Shown in pieces: positions 25,996 through 39,194 of a stretch of DNA of 64,000 nt. A model generated the notes under the pieces. That model saw only the letters and a list, made by a program, of their open reading frames with translations. It made no database searches and was not told the origin of the DNA. A program made the position numbers and the translations under genes. The DNA comes from Eukaryota sp. GEM-RC1 (lineage: Eukaryota): contig JAUFOQ010000016.1 in NCBI GenBank assembly GCA_040285855.1, positions 2,976,001-3,040,000 on the forward strand. The letters are read 5' to 3'. The stretch's first letter is position 1; every line of letters begins with the position of its first letter.

Positions 25996-27562
25996 TAGTG
26001 TGGAACTGCTTTGGTTTGAGAAATGAGTTTTGTGCTTTGGATGATTATTGTACTTTCTTCACTGTTACATTCTGCTTCTTTCATTACGTTATAAACAGGT
26101 ATAGTCCCTTAGAAATTCCTTTTGAGCACATAACTTATGAACTATCTTTTTTTTTGACATATTTTCTTCTGTGCCAATTGTCAAAATCGACTTAGCTTGG
26201 AAAACACTTATAACATCGGAAGATCAATGTAGCAATAAATTACAGATTGTTCAATTATAATCTACCATACGTGTTCAATTACTAAATCGTTTCTAAATTT
26301 TTTAGTACTGTTTTATGGTAATTACAATGAAATAAATAGTTTTAAACTCAATATCATCAGAGCAAGATTCCTTAGGACCGAATCTTGTTCAAAAACGTTC
26401 TAAATAGTTTGAATTCACTATGAGCTGTAAGAGTTATGATGTGATATGCCATTTTTTGCAGTAATGTGGGTCTTGTATGTTTGAAGAAGATTTACGATGA
26501 CTGTTATCAGACACTTCACAAATCCAAATCAAATCGTGTGATGAATATTCAAGAAATTAAAGTGATATCATTCGGTGAATAAAGTCACGCTGTAACTGAA
26601 ACCTTTGTACAAAATCCTGGTGGTCAAAACAACTTATACAAATCTTCTCTAAACTTAATAAATAACTAATTAATTATTTATTTATAAACTACTGTAAATG
26701 GATAATTAGTGGTTTATAACTATGATATAAAAAACAAACAACTGAAACAAGAAATAGAACAAGCTAACTTTTAGTAAAAGTCTTTTACTGTATTACGACG
26801 TGTTCTGTACATTAAATGTGACATTTTTTAAATGTGACTGGCAGTGAAACTGGTACCACTAGTGGTCCCACTAGTGTGTTCTGTGCGAGCGGTACTACAT
26901 CTAGATTGTTCAAACAAAAGTAGAGACTATACAACCTTCAGGAATCAATTAACAGTGTTAAACTAAAACCAAAAAAAAAAAGGTTTGAAATAGTGAAGAA
27001 ATTAGTTGTCTGTATGTATTTCAAAATTCAAATAGGAGTGTTCACTGAATTAAGTTAAATTCTGGTTTAGTTAAAATAAATAAATGAACAATCCAAGTGA
27101 ACAAAATCACTAATAGATCCATCTAAATCAACCATTACAATAGGAAACGGAAACTATCTCGGCATTCCGTCGACTTTCCTCTTTTGAGAACGTCATCATG
27201 ATCGATTTTAAACCTGCACAATGACGTTGTTTTTGATCCCTAGACAACAATCAGCCATGGCTTCAATCGCTTTCCACCTAACCTAGCCATTCTTGAGAAA
27301 ACACTAGTCCAAACACTGCTAAATTCCCTAGAATATCACTAGCACCAATTGCAAGTCAAGACCCTTGAGGAATCACAAGGAATACAGAACTTAGTATTAC
27401 AGATACTAGAAAGAAAAAAAAGAAGGAATCGTGAGAGTCTCTCCATAGAACTACTGATAAAGAATCATCAATATCACCAAAGAAAACAAAACTTTTGATT
27501 ACTAACAAATCAGTAACGTGAAGCAATCAAATAAAAACATGAAAACTCGAATATTTAAAATA

Positions 27563-28186
27563 TTAAGAAGGCGGTCTAGCTCTCATCCAGATAGGTTTCT
27601 TTAAAGAACGCAGAGCTACATCAATTTTAGATTCTCTTTTCCCAGAAGGAGATGAAAAGCTCGATTCAAGAGATTCAGATCTAGAAGACGATTTTAGCTT
27701 CTTCTTCCTCTTTTCTAACGCAGACGGAACATAAGCCTCCATGGCATCAAGTACAGACGACATTGATTGAACATCCTCTGATGGAGTGGGTGACTGAGAG
27801 GTAGATTCAGGAGATGGAGGTGCTGGAGGAATAAAGGGACGAGATCTTGAAGTACGGTTTGAGTCATAAAGATGATCATATTTATGCTTCCAGTGGCAGA
27901 CAAGTTCTTTGAGTCTTTTGTTCTCCAGTTCCAGAGCGAGAATCTGTTGGTCTGTGTGATCTGAGTGAGATTGGCGGATTTGCTTTATTTGTTGTTCATA
28001 GAAACTAATGATGTCTTTCTTTTGAGAGTGGAATGATTCAATAGTGGACTGCATGTGGTTGGACATTTTGGAGATTGCTTTTTGAGAACGAGCTAGCTTT
28101 CTTTTTAAGGAAGATATATCAGCAGCAGAACGGTTAAAGGATGTATTACAGTGTGGACATGTTAAGACAGGAGAGTTCCGATCCAT
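27563..28186 (-). CDS. hypothetical protein, CxxC plus coiled coil and Ser/Pro-rich tail
   Basis: 207-aa ATG-initiated ORF, CPHC then heptad pattern. Confidence 0.7.
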   Translation of the reverse strand: MDRNSPVLTCPHCNTSFNRSAADISSLKRKLARSQKAISKMSNHMQSTIESFHSQKKDIISFYEQQIKQIRQSHSDHTDQQILALELENKRLKELVCHWKHKYDHLYDSNRTSRSRPFIPPAPPSPESTSQSPTPSEDVQSMSSVLDAMEAYVPSALEKRKKKLKSSSRSESLESSFSSPSGKRESKIDVALRSLKKPIWMRARPPS

Positions 28187-28302
28187 CTAACACACGTCTA
28201 GGTGGTGTTTGGAAATAATTCAATACATCACAAACTACAGTGTAGAAGGTGATGTAGAAGATTCTTTGCAACATCCCAATTAACTCCGCCACATCAAATC
28301 TC

Positions 28303-31300
28303 ATGTCGGGTTTGGCTCTTCATCCTGAGTTACAATCCTGGATCGAACAGACTCTGGGTATTTCTTTCAGTGATTCTTGGGTCAATGATTGTCGGAATGG
28401 TCAAATCTTGTGTCAACTCATTAACAAACTCTCACCTGGCTGTATCAAGCGTGTTCACAAATCCTCAATGACTTTCATGGCTCTTGAAAACATCCAAAAC
28501 TTTGTTAAAGGTTGCCACTCTCTTGGTGTGGATCCCTCAGTTCTCTTCGAGCCTTCTGATCTATTCGAAGCCAAGAACCTCCGCAATGTTATCTCTTGCC
28601 TCTACGAACTCTTCAAAAGGTAACTCAATCTACTCTAAAAATAGCTCCTGTTAAAACCCCCCTCCAGTCTGCTTCCCAGGTTAAGCGGCCAATCTCCCCT
28701 TCTCCCATCTCCCCTCCCACTACTCCTCCTCTGAATCCTCCCTCATCACCAACATTTGATGTTTCCATGACCATCACATGCCCATCAACCTCTTCTCTCA
28801 AGATTGTTGGTTCCTTAGACTCTTTGGGCCATGACAGTCTCGACAAGGGTCTGGATGTGTCATCAAGGGGAGGTGATGTGTTTGAAACTGTTTTGGATGG
28901 AGTTCAAGAGGATTTTTCTTTTAATTTCTATTATGGTGATACTAAATTTCTTGTAAAAGAATCAAGACCCCCACGAAGAATCAAAATTGATTGGCTGTCG
29001 CAGGACGCAATTGCAAATTTTAAATATTCAGTATGTAAGTCTTCTTCCGTGGTTAAAATCATGTTTGAAGACGGTGTCGAATCAGTTTTGATTGAAGACG
29101 TCTCTACTGGTACTGATGTCTTGATTGTTTCTGATGATCTGTCCTTACGTGTCGAGTCTAATTCCACAATTGATAAGGACTTCTTGATAAAAAATCTAGA
29201 CAAAGTGACTGTTTTAGATTTGTCTGCCGCTCATTTATCAGAATATCACGTGTCAGAATTAATCAAGCTCTTTCCTAATTTGGAAACTCTCAATTTGACC
29301 AATTCTGAGTGTTGTTCACTTGTTGATTGTTTTCCAACTTCATCGACAACTATTAAAAATTTGATTCTCGACAACACACAAAATATTTTAAATTTTGAAT
29401 CAACACTCCATATATTCCCTAAACTCGAGTCATTGTCTCTGCAAGGATGCTCGTTTGTCACGTCATCTGCAATCAATTTGATCCCTTCTCTACTCAGTCA
29501 ATTGACTTCTATTGACCTTTCCAATACTTCTTTAACACCGGTTGATCATGAAGCTCTTTCTTCAAGAATTCCTTTTACCTGTTTTAAAGCAAATAACACT
29601 GGTTTGAAGTCATCTTGTTTACATTCTTTGTCTGATATATCGTGTAAGTCGTTGATTGACCTTGATCTGAGCTCTACTTGTGTCACCAGTTTAGTGGGTT
29701 TGTCGAAATTTGAAAATTTAAAAGTTTTGGATATTTCGGGATTAGATGTGTTTGTCGACTCATCAACTCCACCGATCTTCTTTTCATTTTGTCTTGAAAA
29801 ATTCAATTTTCTTAAAACCAAACTTCCGGACCATTTCCTAGCAGAAATTCTCAAAGCAGCATCATCAACATTACAATCAATCAATTTTGATTGGAAACTT
29901 GGACCACTATCATCTCGTGCACTTCTGAGCTGCTGCCTTATTGATTCTGAACATTATTTACATCTTCTCGATGGTGACGTTTTAAATCATCAACAACAAT
30001 CAGAAGAAATCGTTGATTTCGAATCCAACTATGATACAGACGACGAAATATCTGTTGAGCTGGACAATTTAAAACTCAACTCAATTGCTGAAATTTCTGA
30101 ATTGTATATGACTTCTTTTGAAATCCCTGATTTAGACGTTGCTTCCTATTTCTGGCACCAATTATTCAGAAAGTCAGCAAATGTCACGTATATTTTGACC
30201 CAATGTTTTGCCACGTTGACAGGACTTTTATCAGGTTGTACAGCAAATGAAGTTTTAAAAAATGTTGCTGACCAGAAAAATTTGAAAAAGGTTAAACTAG
30301 AAGATCTAAATGAGCAGAAATATCTAATTGCTAGTAAAATGATTAGCTCAATCATTTATATTCAATTATTCTGTAATTTTTTAAATCACGATCCCGTTCT
30401 AATCCAAGTCTCTCAAAATCTTTCCAAAATCACGTCATTGACACCTTATTCAGCAACTCTCTCCTTCATTAAACAACTTCAAACATATGGTTTGGTTGCT
30501 CTAGTTAATCGAATTGTTATTTCTTGTATTTCTTCATTTCCTTCACATACCTTGGACTCAGTCTCTTCATTTAGTTTGGATTACTTATCACTGCTTGTTT
30601 TGACCTTGATTTTGACCCATAACGTGCCTGTAGAGTCGATGTTGGATAACACTGTCACGTCACCAGGGTCTCTGATGAGCTCTACTTTGATTTCGACTGT
30701 CCATCATCCATTGCTGTTAACGCCGTGTTCTTTACCTACCTCAATCAATCCTTTGATTGATGTTAACTGTACGACAATCAATTCTAGGGCAGTTGTCCTA
30801 TCATTTTTGACCTTTTATTCGTCATATTTAGGAATTGGAATAGACGAGTCTCTGTATCAAGGATTTGAAAATTTAAAATTTAAAATTTGTCGACCAATAA
30901 GCAAGCTGGTCTCTTTAGTTGTTAAATTGTTGAACAAAGAGTTGTCTTCTCCTGGATATGTTTATTTCCGTCAATTAACAAAAACTTTTCCAGATTTGGC
31001 AAGTATTTCTAAATGCAGTGATAAGATTACTGAGCCCTTCTATTTCATTTTTGAGCCATCACATCATTGTTTCTCAGTCATTTTCACGTTGATATCTTCC
31101 TATCAAGGGGGTCATAAATCAGAAATGGCAAGTCGATTGGTTGATTCATTGATTAATCGGATTTCAGTAAGTTTTGATCTTAAATGGTCAAAGAAAGCTC
31201 AAAAGGAATTACAAGTGTCCAAAGTCCATCAAATTCTATCAGCATTTTATTTTGAAAACACTATTTCCAAATCAAAGGCAGTAGAAGAGCTCAAAAGTCT

Positions 31301-32409
31301 TGGTTTTTCTAAGAAATCACGTCATTGTCAACGTGTTTCTGATCCTCTGCCTCTTCCTCCAATCACTTTAATGGAATGTTCCTCATTTGAAACTGATTTG
31401 ATTGACCACGCGACATTTTTGAGCTACAATCAGACAAATTCCAATAAGATCATCATCACAGGAACGGATTCTTCTCTTTCTCGTTTCTGCACGTCCCTTT
31501 TCTCTTCTGACATGTTAAACTGCCAACTATACTACTTCCCTTCACAAATGAACATTGCTAATTCTTCTTGTTCTTTCTATCTATCTCAGTATTTAGCTTC
31601 AGTCGATCCTATCTACATGCACTTAGTCTTTTTGCCTTTTCTTTCATTTTCCTCTTTAGCTCCAACTACGATTCTTTTCCCTTGTTATTCAAGTGCTGAA
31701 GTTTTAAAATCCTCAACAAATCTGAGATCGAACTTCCCCACTCCAGTTTCTTGCTTAGATCTTTACACTTCAATGTATCTTTACTTTGCTTCCTATGAAC
31801 TTCTCTTGCCTCTGTGGGAGGTAGAGATTGTTAGTAGGAATGGTGCTTCAAAGAAAGTGATTTCTTGTTGTTTTGTTGATATTGGATGTGCCGCAAATGC
31901 AAGGTCAACAATCATTCATAACAACTCAGTCATTTTCGATAGTCCCGAGTTTTCTGTTAAAAAAGTACGAACTCTGCGTGATTTTGATCATTCGGTTATT
32001 AACTGTTCAATCAATTATTCCATGGTCAATCCTATTGGTGAACAAGTTAAAAACTGTCATTATTCTGGTAACGTGTACGCATTGTCTGTTTCTAACTTCG
32101 AATGTACTGGTACTACATTAGATCTCCAACCTTTTGATTCACTTGCTCCTGTTTGGGCGAAGCTTCAGGATACCTTCTTGACTTTTTTCAATGTTGACGT
32201 CGAGTCCAGAAGTTTTTAAAGAAGGGCGGGATTCGTTTGTCAATTTCTTTGTAGATTCCATAGAAATTGAAGTAAATGAATCAAGCTCAAAGTTAGTCGT
32301 GATTGACGGTCATCACGAAGAGGAGTTTTCTAAACTGTCAATCAAACCATGGGTCAATTCAGCGGGGCAATTTGTACGTGCGCCTTTAAAAGTATTCACT
32401 CCTTTTTGA
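28303..32409 (+). CDS. calponin-homology + LRR protein with CBM20-like and PACS-like segments; frame breaks near 28615-28618 and 32183-32188
   Basis: NGQILCQLINKLSPG..ENIQNF..LFEPSDLFE (CH); LxxLxLS repeats; YLASVDPIY and VVIDG..W resemble the PACS C-terminal domain. Confidence 0.75.
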
Positions 32410-32539
32410 TTGTTTTTGTCCCTTTGATTATGATTGTTTTCTTGTATTTTCTTTTGTGTAAAATTCTCGGTCTTTTTCTAGTACTACTATAATTACTGCA
32501 TATATATACAAATACAATACAACAAAGCTAACAGCGATA

Positions 32540-33169
32540 TTACTTACGACTTCTCTTTGCCATGGGTGTGGTGTCAGCTCGTACACACTTAGCAAGACGA
32601 ACGGAACCCTTCTTCTTGGAGTCTCTACTGTACGTTGGTCGGGAACTCTGGGCGGCTTTGTTAACAATGAGAGCTTCGTCAGGACAGATCAAAAAAGCGG
32701 CGAGGTTCTTGGCAATGTCACCCTTGAGTTTGGCGGTTTCTAATCCAAAGAGACTTGAGAGTGAACGAAGGGTGGAAGCACTGGAATCAAGCAGGTAGTC
32801 CTGAATGCGCTCTTGAAGTTCTTCTGGGGTTTCATCATCTTCATTCTCGAAGCCACACCATTCTAATACATTGCGAAGAAAATCGAGACTCTTGGATTTT
32901 CGTTGGAAAAGAATGTAATGAAGTTGAACAAGTAAAGGGGATTCGTTGTTGTTCAGGGCTTCAATTGCGGATTTGACAGATAGATTTGAAAGCTTAACGC
33001 CATTTCCGGCAGGAATCTGCTGTAAGAAATATCATAGAAGGATTACCAATATAGGAGCAGGTTTTCGGGAAATCCCAGTTGACAATGAAGGCTCATATGG
33101 TTGAGGTGCGCGTTTTTCTCTAGTAGAAACTCTAGTTGCAACTCTAGTGGAAGAAGAGCGGATTGGCAT
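32540..33169 (-). CDS. DEK: DEK-like chromatin protein (about 200 aa), two exons 33169-33047 and 33019-32540
   Basis: Spliced: REKR..LQIPAGNGVKL..LHYILF..RNVLEWCGF..LRSLSSLFGLE..KGDIAKNLAAFLICP, matching the DEK pseudo-SAP/SAP region. Confidence 0.8.
33020..33046 (-). other. 27-nt intron (NAGNAG acceptor) containing an in-frame TGA
   Basis: GTAATC...TTACAG|CAG, phase 0; removal gives a continuous ORF. Confidence 0.85.
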
Positions 33170-33497
33170 TGAAGTGAAGATTTTGTGCCTTGTCAAAAAC
33201 TTGTTGTTGATACACTACAACCAGTTCTAGTACTAGTAGCAATTCTGCATGTAGTCATTCCTCTTACATTTAGTTCTCGCAATGATGTACTCTAGTGTTT
33301 CGCTACTTAACTTGTATTCCTTCAACATTGATGCCATGCAATGTTTGCTTGCCTTGTTTTTTCACCTTCAAACATACATCAGTGAAGAGTTGTCCAAATC
33401 TTCTTTAAAGTTACACCACTAGCATCTACTAGTGATTTAATTAGAACTGGGTTTCTTCCAACAGACTTTCTACTAACTGACTCACAACTTCTCTACA

Positions 33498-33857
33498 ATG
33501 CAAACTCCTGATGAATTCGATTCTCCCTCCCCACCCGCCACTCCTGTATGTCACGAACGTAAGATCCCCAGGAGACCTAGCATCATATCTGAACTACCTG
33601 AGGAAGATCTTGAGATTGATCGAACAATGTCAACAGACTTTGTAGAACCACGGCGTTGTTGTCGGGAGGATCATTTCTCAGCTCCTGTTGTCAAGCAAAC
33701 CAAACAAGTTACTCTACAATCAGACTTACTAGAGAAGAAGGAAGCTATATCACCAAAGTGGGCTCCGTGTTCTTCTCTGCCTATAACACAAAGGAAGGTG
33801 GCTCTTATGACGATGGACACGTCACCATATGCTAGTAAACCTCCTCGTGCTAGATAA
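33498..33857 (+). CDS. hypothetical protein
   Basis: 119-aa ATG ORF divergent from DEK, GC content like host genes. Confidence 0.6.
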   Translation: MQTPDEFDSPSPPATPVCHERKIPRRPSIISELPEEDLEIDRTMSTDFVEPRRCCREDHFSAPVVKQTKQVTLQSDLLEKKEAISPKWAPCSSLPITQRKVALMTMDTSPYASKPPRAR

Positions 33858-34583
33858 GTTTGTTTTAGATTTTTTAATTCTTCGCTGTAAAATATAATCA
33901 CAATCTTTATCAGTGTTGTACCATAACTGCCACGCGGCCATAACGGTATGACGTTTTCTTGTTATGGCCTTGTTGTTATGTCTTGTTAAAACGTGGTGTT
34001 CCTCCAACAACGACATTGATAGTACATGCGATACGATACATCTATAATACATGTACTGAAGGAATGTTACATATTAAACCCATATAGAGAGCTCTAATTG
34101 TGAGAATCACTGTCTATTAAGTTTTCTGTCCATCATTGTTTCATATTTCTTCATTGATGAATTGTAAGGAAGTTGTTTTGAGACAGAAATAGAAATAACT
34201 TCGTTATATATTCAAAATATTGTCATAGCACCATGCATCCGAAAGACATGGTCCATACGCCATCGGTGCGTGGCATTTGAAAATTCGGTTGTGGTGTAAA
34301 GATCAGTGTGTTCCTTTTTGTGATAGTGGTACAAATAAAGGCAGATATTTAATTGTGGGAGTATCAATTAAGCATGGTGCTTATCTGTTGATGCCTGATC
34401 TAACATGAAAGATGGATAAGATTGGCCACTCAACCCGATTATTTATTTTTCAAAGGAAACCTTAATACTACGATCTTTCGAGATCATAAAGCTTCAGTTG
34501 ATAAATGTACCGAATTAAAAGTGTTCTGAATTCTGACGTAATTTTTCATCCTGAGGAAGTTTCCAATTATTACGGGTAGTATT

Positions 34584-34640
34584 TGTAGTATTTGTGAATT
34601 GTAGATCTTTCGGGTAGATGTACAATTCACAAATACTACA
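34584..34640. repeat. 25-bp inverted repeat (1 mismatch), 7-nt loop
   Basis: TGTAGTATTTGTGAATTGTAGATCT-TTCGGGT-AGATGTACAATTCACAAATACTACA. Confidence 0.95.
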
Positions 34641-34909
34641 CTTAGAAGTCCACGTTCCATTTTATACTGTATGTTGAGATTCCTTGATTCAGTATCCTTT
34701 TAATTAGGATATTATTAACTGTGTAGCGTCCATGGAATCAGCTTAGCTGGAGAAATGGAGGTAACGCGGAAAGAGCACTGCTTAATTGTAGTGTCTGGTG
34801 CATCTTTCACGGCCCTTGAAAAACTAGGGGCGAGTACTTCATCAATGTCCTAATAGATAAATTCCTTTAGTTAGATAGACCTAGACTCTAATTAGATTTA
34901 ATTAGAGTT

Positions 34910-36540
34910 AGGAACTCACTATATTCGGTACCCAAAAAAGTAACCTTATGAATTTGCAAAAGCAAACAAACAAGACTAAGACTAAATCCCTATCCAGAAA
35001 AAAATTACGTTTTTCAACATAAACCTTCACACCAAACTTGTACAATTTCTCAGCTAATGGAGAGCAATAGAAAGGCATATTCCGATATATGGAAACCGCC
35101 ATCCGGTTTTTGAATTCAGCCATTCTAAATATACGCTTCTCTTCTTTACAAAGTTCTTCAAAAAACTTGAAAAGTTGATCACCAGCAGGACTAATCGATC
35201 TAAAAAGAGAAATGGCAAAAGATTGAAACCAAAATTGGAATATGATTTTCGATTTAATTGAGGTTCATTAGTCTCATCAATTTCAGACAAGTTGTAGAGA
35301 AAGTTGGTTCTAATAGAATTACATGTCTTGGCAATTGTTTCAGTAAGGGAAAAGTCTAATGAAGGTAAAAAATATTAATTTTCCCGGCAAAACAGACCTA
35401 GAGCATGCAAAAGAAACATGTTGACTCACATCTAAAGATAAATTTTGATTGAATTTTGCTTCAATTGTAGTCAATGAACCCTCTAATTCTGTATGAATTT
35501 TCGCTTAATTTCCCAAAAAAGTGCCAAAAGAAACGAAAGCATTGAGGAGAAAAAATCGATCGTAGGAATATCGCTAAAACCAAAACATTCGAAGACTTAA
35601 CAACAAGAAAACACTTCTAGTTATGAAAATTAATTGTTAAACCAATACTTATAGAAAGTTCAATGAAACGGGAAAAACACTTTTTGAGAACTTCAACTGG
35701 AGCGGTTAGCGAAGAATCATCAGCAAAAGTACAAATTTTAACAGTAGGAAATTCCGATTGTACAATTTCAAACCATTTTTGCAGAGCGACACAAAACATA
35801 ATGGAACCAAGAGCAGGGATTGGAAAAATATATTTATATTTATTGTACACCAACAATATTTATTGACAATAAGAGAATTGGAACAATATGATATTGTTAT
35901 TATGAACAATAAATAAATATTTATGGACAATATATTGGAAAATACAAACATAAATGAGTTTATTTGCAACAACAGTTTTTCTAAGAGTTGAAAATCCTGC
36001 CAATTGTTTTTTCATTCCAGAAAGGAGGATTGTAGACCAAGAACTATTGATTTTCTATGATAAACTGATCTAAAAGCATGTCAATAACAACCTAAAGTGA
36101 GTTTTGTGTAACTGAAAAGCCTCTCAACTTCATTGGAGGCAGGGTGAATGACTGCAAAGTCAATGTACTCGGAATTGCTGGTGCTTGAAACAATAAGTTG
36201 ACAGTCGAAGGCGAATGTAGAACTCACTGTATGACCTTGTTTAGTATCCTTATTCTTAAGAAGGCAATGTCTACTCTAAAGGATACTGTTTTCTCCGACA
36301 AAGATTCTATAAAACACTGACGTATCAACTTTTTCACTAACAATAACCCATCAATATATTGCAATATATTGTTATTGTACATACACCAACAATATAATAT
36401 TGTTATTGTTCATGTACCAACAATACCATATTGTCATTGTACTTATTGCAATATATTGCAATATCAATATATTTTTCCAATCCCTGACCTAGAGGATCAC
36501 CCTACTTAACCCCTCTAGTTGATTAAATAACAAACATGTC
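34910..36540 (-). mobile_element. degenerate, internally deleted RLE non-LTR retrotransposon (RT remnant + family B 3' end), interrupted by a hAT element
   Basis: Removing 35814-36486 restores RGVK*GDPLGSIMFCVAL...TFADD...IGLTIN; 3' end homologous to 7187-7540. Confidence 0.85.
35814..36486. mobile_element. non-autonomous hAT element (673 bp)
   Basis: TIR CAGGGATTGGAAAAATATATT; TSD ACCAAGAG/ACCTAGAG; internal minus-strand PASNEVERLFS dimerisation-motif relic. Confidence 0.92.
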
Positions 36541-36800
36541 AAAAATAAAATTCGATGCTTTGTCATAACAACGATAAAAATAGGGAATCAACCGTGGAAA
36601 AGTTCAAAAAGTTCGTCAGATAAAATGTACAGGTGTTACACATTGCCCACATTGGCATTTCAAATTATGTGGAAGAATTTCAGGTCAGCAAGATCTGACT
36701 TTAGGAATAAATGGTATCAACAAAAACATGATGAACATGAACACGTGTGTTATTCTGGGAAGAAGAGAAAATTCCACATATTTCAATCTTTCAATCTCTA

Positions 36801-38950
36801 ATGGGTGTTCGTGGCTTCCTTAGTTATCTTAAACATGAGTTTGCAAAGAATGGTGATATGCCATATCTTGAACGTATTCGTATCCACTGGGATAATGAAA
36901 CGCCATACTACTTCGCCGTCGATCTCGAGAACTTCAAGGCGTCCCTTATCAAAGACTTTCTTCCATACTGTTCCTCTGGATTCAGTGCTGCTGATATGAT
37001 CTACAAGTTGAGAAATCTCTTCTCCACGCTCAAGGAGTGTAACATCTTCTTCGTTTTTTACTTGGAAACCATGTCAAATCAAGACTTCCTACGCAAAACC
37101 TCAAACTTAGATGTAATTCACACAGATAATCAATGCTCCTCTTCATCTCCTGTCTATGCTAGGGCTAGGGTTTGCCGTCCATCGATTCTCAACTGGATAA
37201 TCCTCTCAACTGCACTAAACGTCAATGACTCTTGCAGTCACCATAAAAATTCTATCAGAATAGTTGAGGGCGAAGGGGATCCTTTCCTAGCCAACGCTGT
37301 CCAAAGAGGAGAGGTCCATGCTGTACTCTCTGAAGATGCAGACTTTTGTATCTTTGAGGGATGTAAGATGGCTTTGATACGTGGTAGTTGGAACAATTTG
37401 TTGAGCCGATTGGACAGAAATTTGCCTGCTGACATCAATGTTTTCGACTCAACAAAATTCAGAGAGTATATTGGCTTATCTCAACACCAACTGGTCGATT
37501 TAGCAACAATGATGGGCTGTGATACAACCAAGCATCTCATAGATAAAGATGGCCCATGGCTTCAAACAGTCCTGCAAAACTTCCAAGAGAGACTCAATCA
37601 ATGGAATGAAAGGATAGCTGCTGATTCATCTCTTGCTGTTCAAGTCAATGCAGCACGAGAGTTCTATGCTTCAGTTGAAAACTCTTGCCATTTTGAAGAA
37701 TGCTCTTCAGTTGATGATGTCATCCGAAAGAAGCTCAAATTCGAATTTCAAGATCCAGCCAAGGCCAAAGTAGAATCATCATTTTCTGACACGCAACTAC
37801 CAACGGACTTCTCCTCAAAGCATTATGTACAGCCTCTCGAACTGGGTCTATCTGCTGTATCTCTTAAAGATGAAGGAAGAGACATGATATTGAACCGTTC
37901 CTTGTATATTGGCGAAACAAAACAAACTATTATCGAACTATTTGACTATAACCGCCATCTTCCCTCCTCTCCTCCCACACGTGACTCTAAAGTTGTTTCT
38001 CTATTGTACTTTTTGGAGAGCCAATCACGTCATCAATCGTCTGACAAGAGCTATGTACCTGATATCCACAACTCCTGGCCAGAAATGCTTGAACATTTGT
38101 ATAATGAAAGTCCTCTCCTTTATCAAATTTGTATCTATATTCGTTACTTAAACCAACGCCGTGTCTTTTTTACAACAAAGATCTGAAGAAGAAGGAAGGG
38201 TCCTACACCACCGTTTAATTGATATTGTTCTTGTTGCTTTCGTGTCAGTATTTCCTACTTCTGGATCTAGAATTGATCTTCCAGTGGTACAGTCAGCTGT
38301 TAACTTTGACAGATCTGCTATCTACTTATCTACTCTAAATTATTACAGCAATTGGTTGGCTTATTTAGGTTTCAATGATATTATTGGATTTCTCTCAGTA
38401 GTGAACACTCAACTTTTATCATTTCTAATGTCACTTCCAACAATTAATCATTACAAAGACAATGAGAATGTTGAGCCTGCTATAGTAACTGTTTGGAATG
38501 CTTTAAATACTGCTATTCAGGGTCGGTATATTCATGAAAATTGTCGAACACTTTTAAAATTTGTTGTTGATTTTGCCATCGCAGACCTTCAGAGTCCTCC
38601 AAATGTTTCTTTCCAGTTGCCCTCGGATCAGATTGTGATGTTCCATAGAGGTTGTCTGCGGATTACAGATGGTGAACAACTCAAGTATCTCAAAGGTAAT
38701 GGTAAAGTGTATAAAAAAGATCAAAGGGCAAATAATTGAGTACTGTAAAGAGCTAATCTCTGAGGATAATACCACAATTCCTTATCATGTCGCTGTAAAG
38801 TGTTGTGATTTATTGTATTGTCGTTACAATGAGAATCTACTCCGTCACTTTGACAACACTGAAATGGAATTCCTCCGAGGTCTCTATAACAGACGGGAGT
38901 TAAATGGAGATTCTAAGACATTCAACAAGTTTTTTAAAATCTGGTCATAA
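36801..38950 (+). CDS. PIN nuclease copy 3; frame breaks at 38166-38171 and 38713-38718
   Basis: MGVRG, FAVD, GEGD, LSEDADF, MMGCD; collinear with copies 1 and 2. Confidence 0.8.
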
Positions 38951-39194
38951 AAACAACTTCAACAATAGATTTTAACAAGTGAACACGTACTCAAGTCAGG
39001 CAAGACCAACAAATATTTAAATAAATATGACATTGTAAAAAAAGACAGTTAATTGATGGATGGTACAGAAATTTTTATCATAATAAAAGCTATGAAACAC
39101 TAGACACATAAAAATCCTGGTCAGCAGTACCACAGTTTTTATACAACTCTGTGAAAATTTATTTAAAAAACTTAGGCATTTAAAAACCCCAAAA

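Noticed and set aside
27130..27446. Possible small multi-intron gene on the minus strand
   Set aside because: No consistent spliced model or recognisable product found
28620..28644. 25-nt GT-AG intron joining CH and LRR ORFs
   Set aside because: Splicing leads to an immediate stop (AGC TCC TGT TAA)
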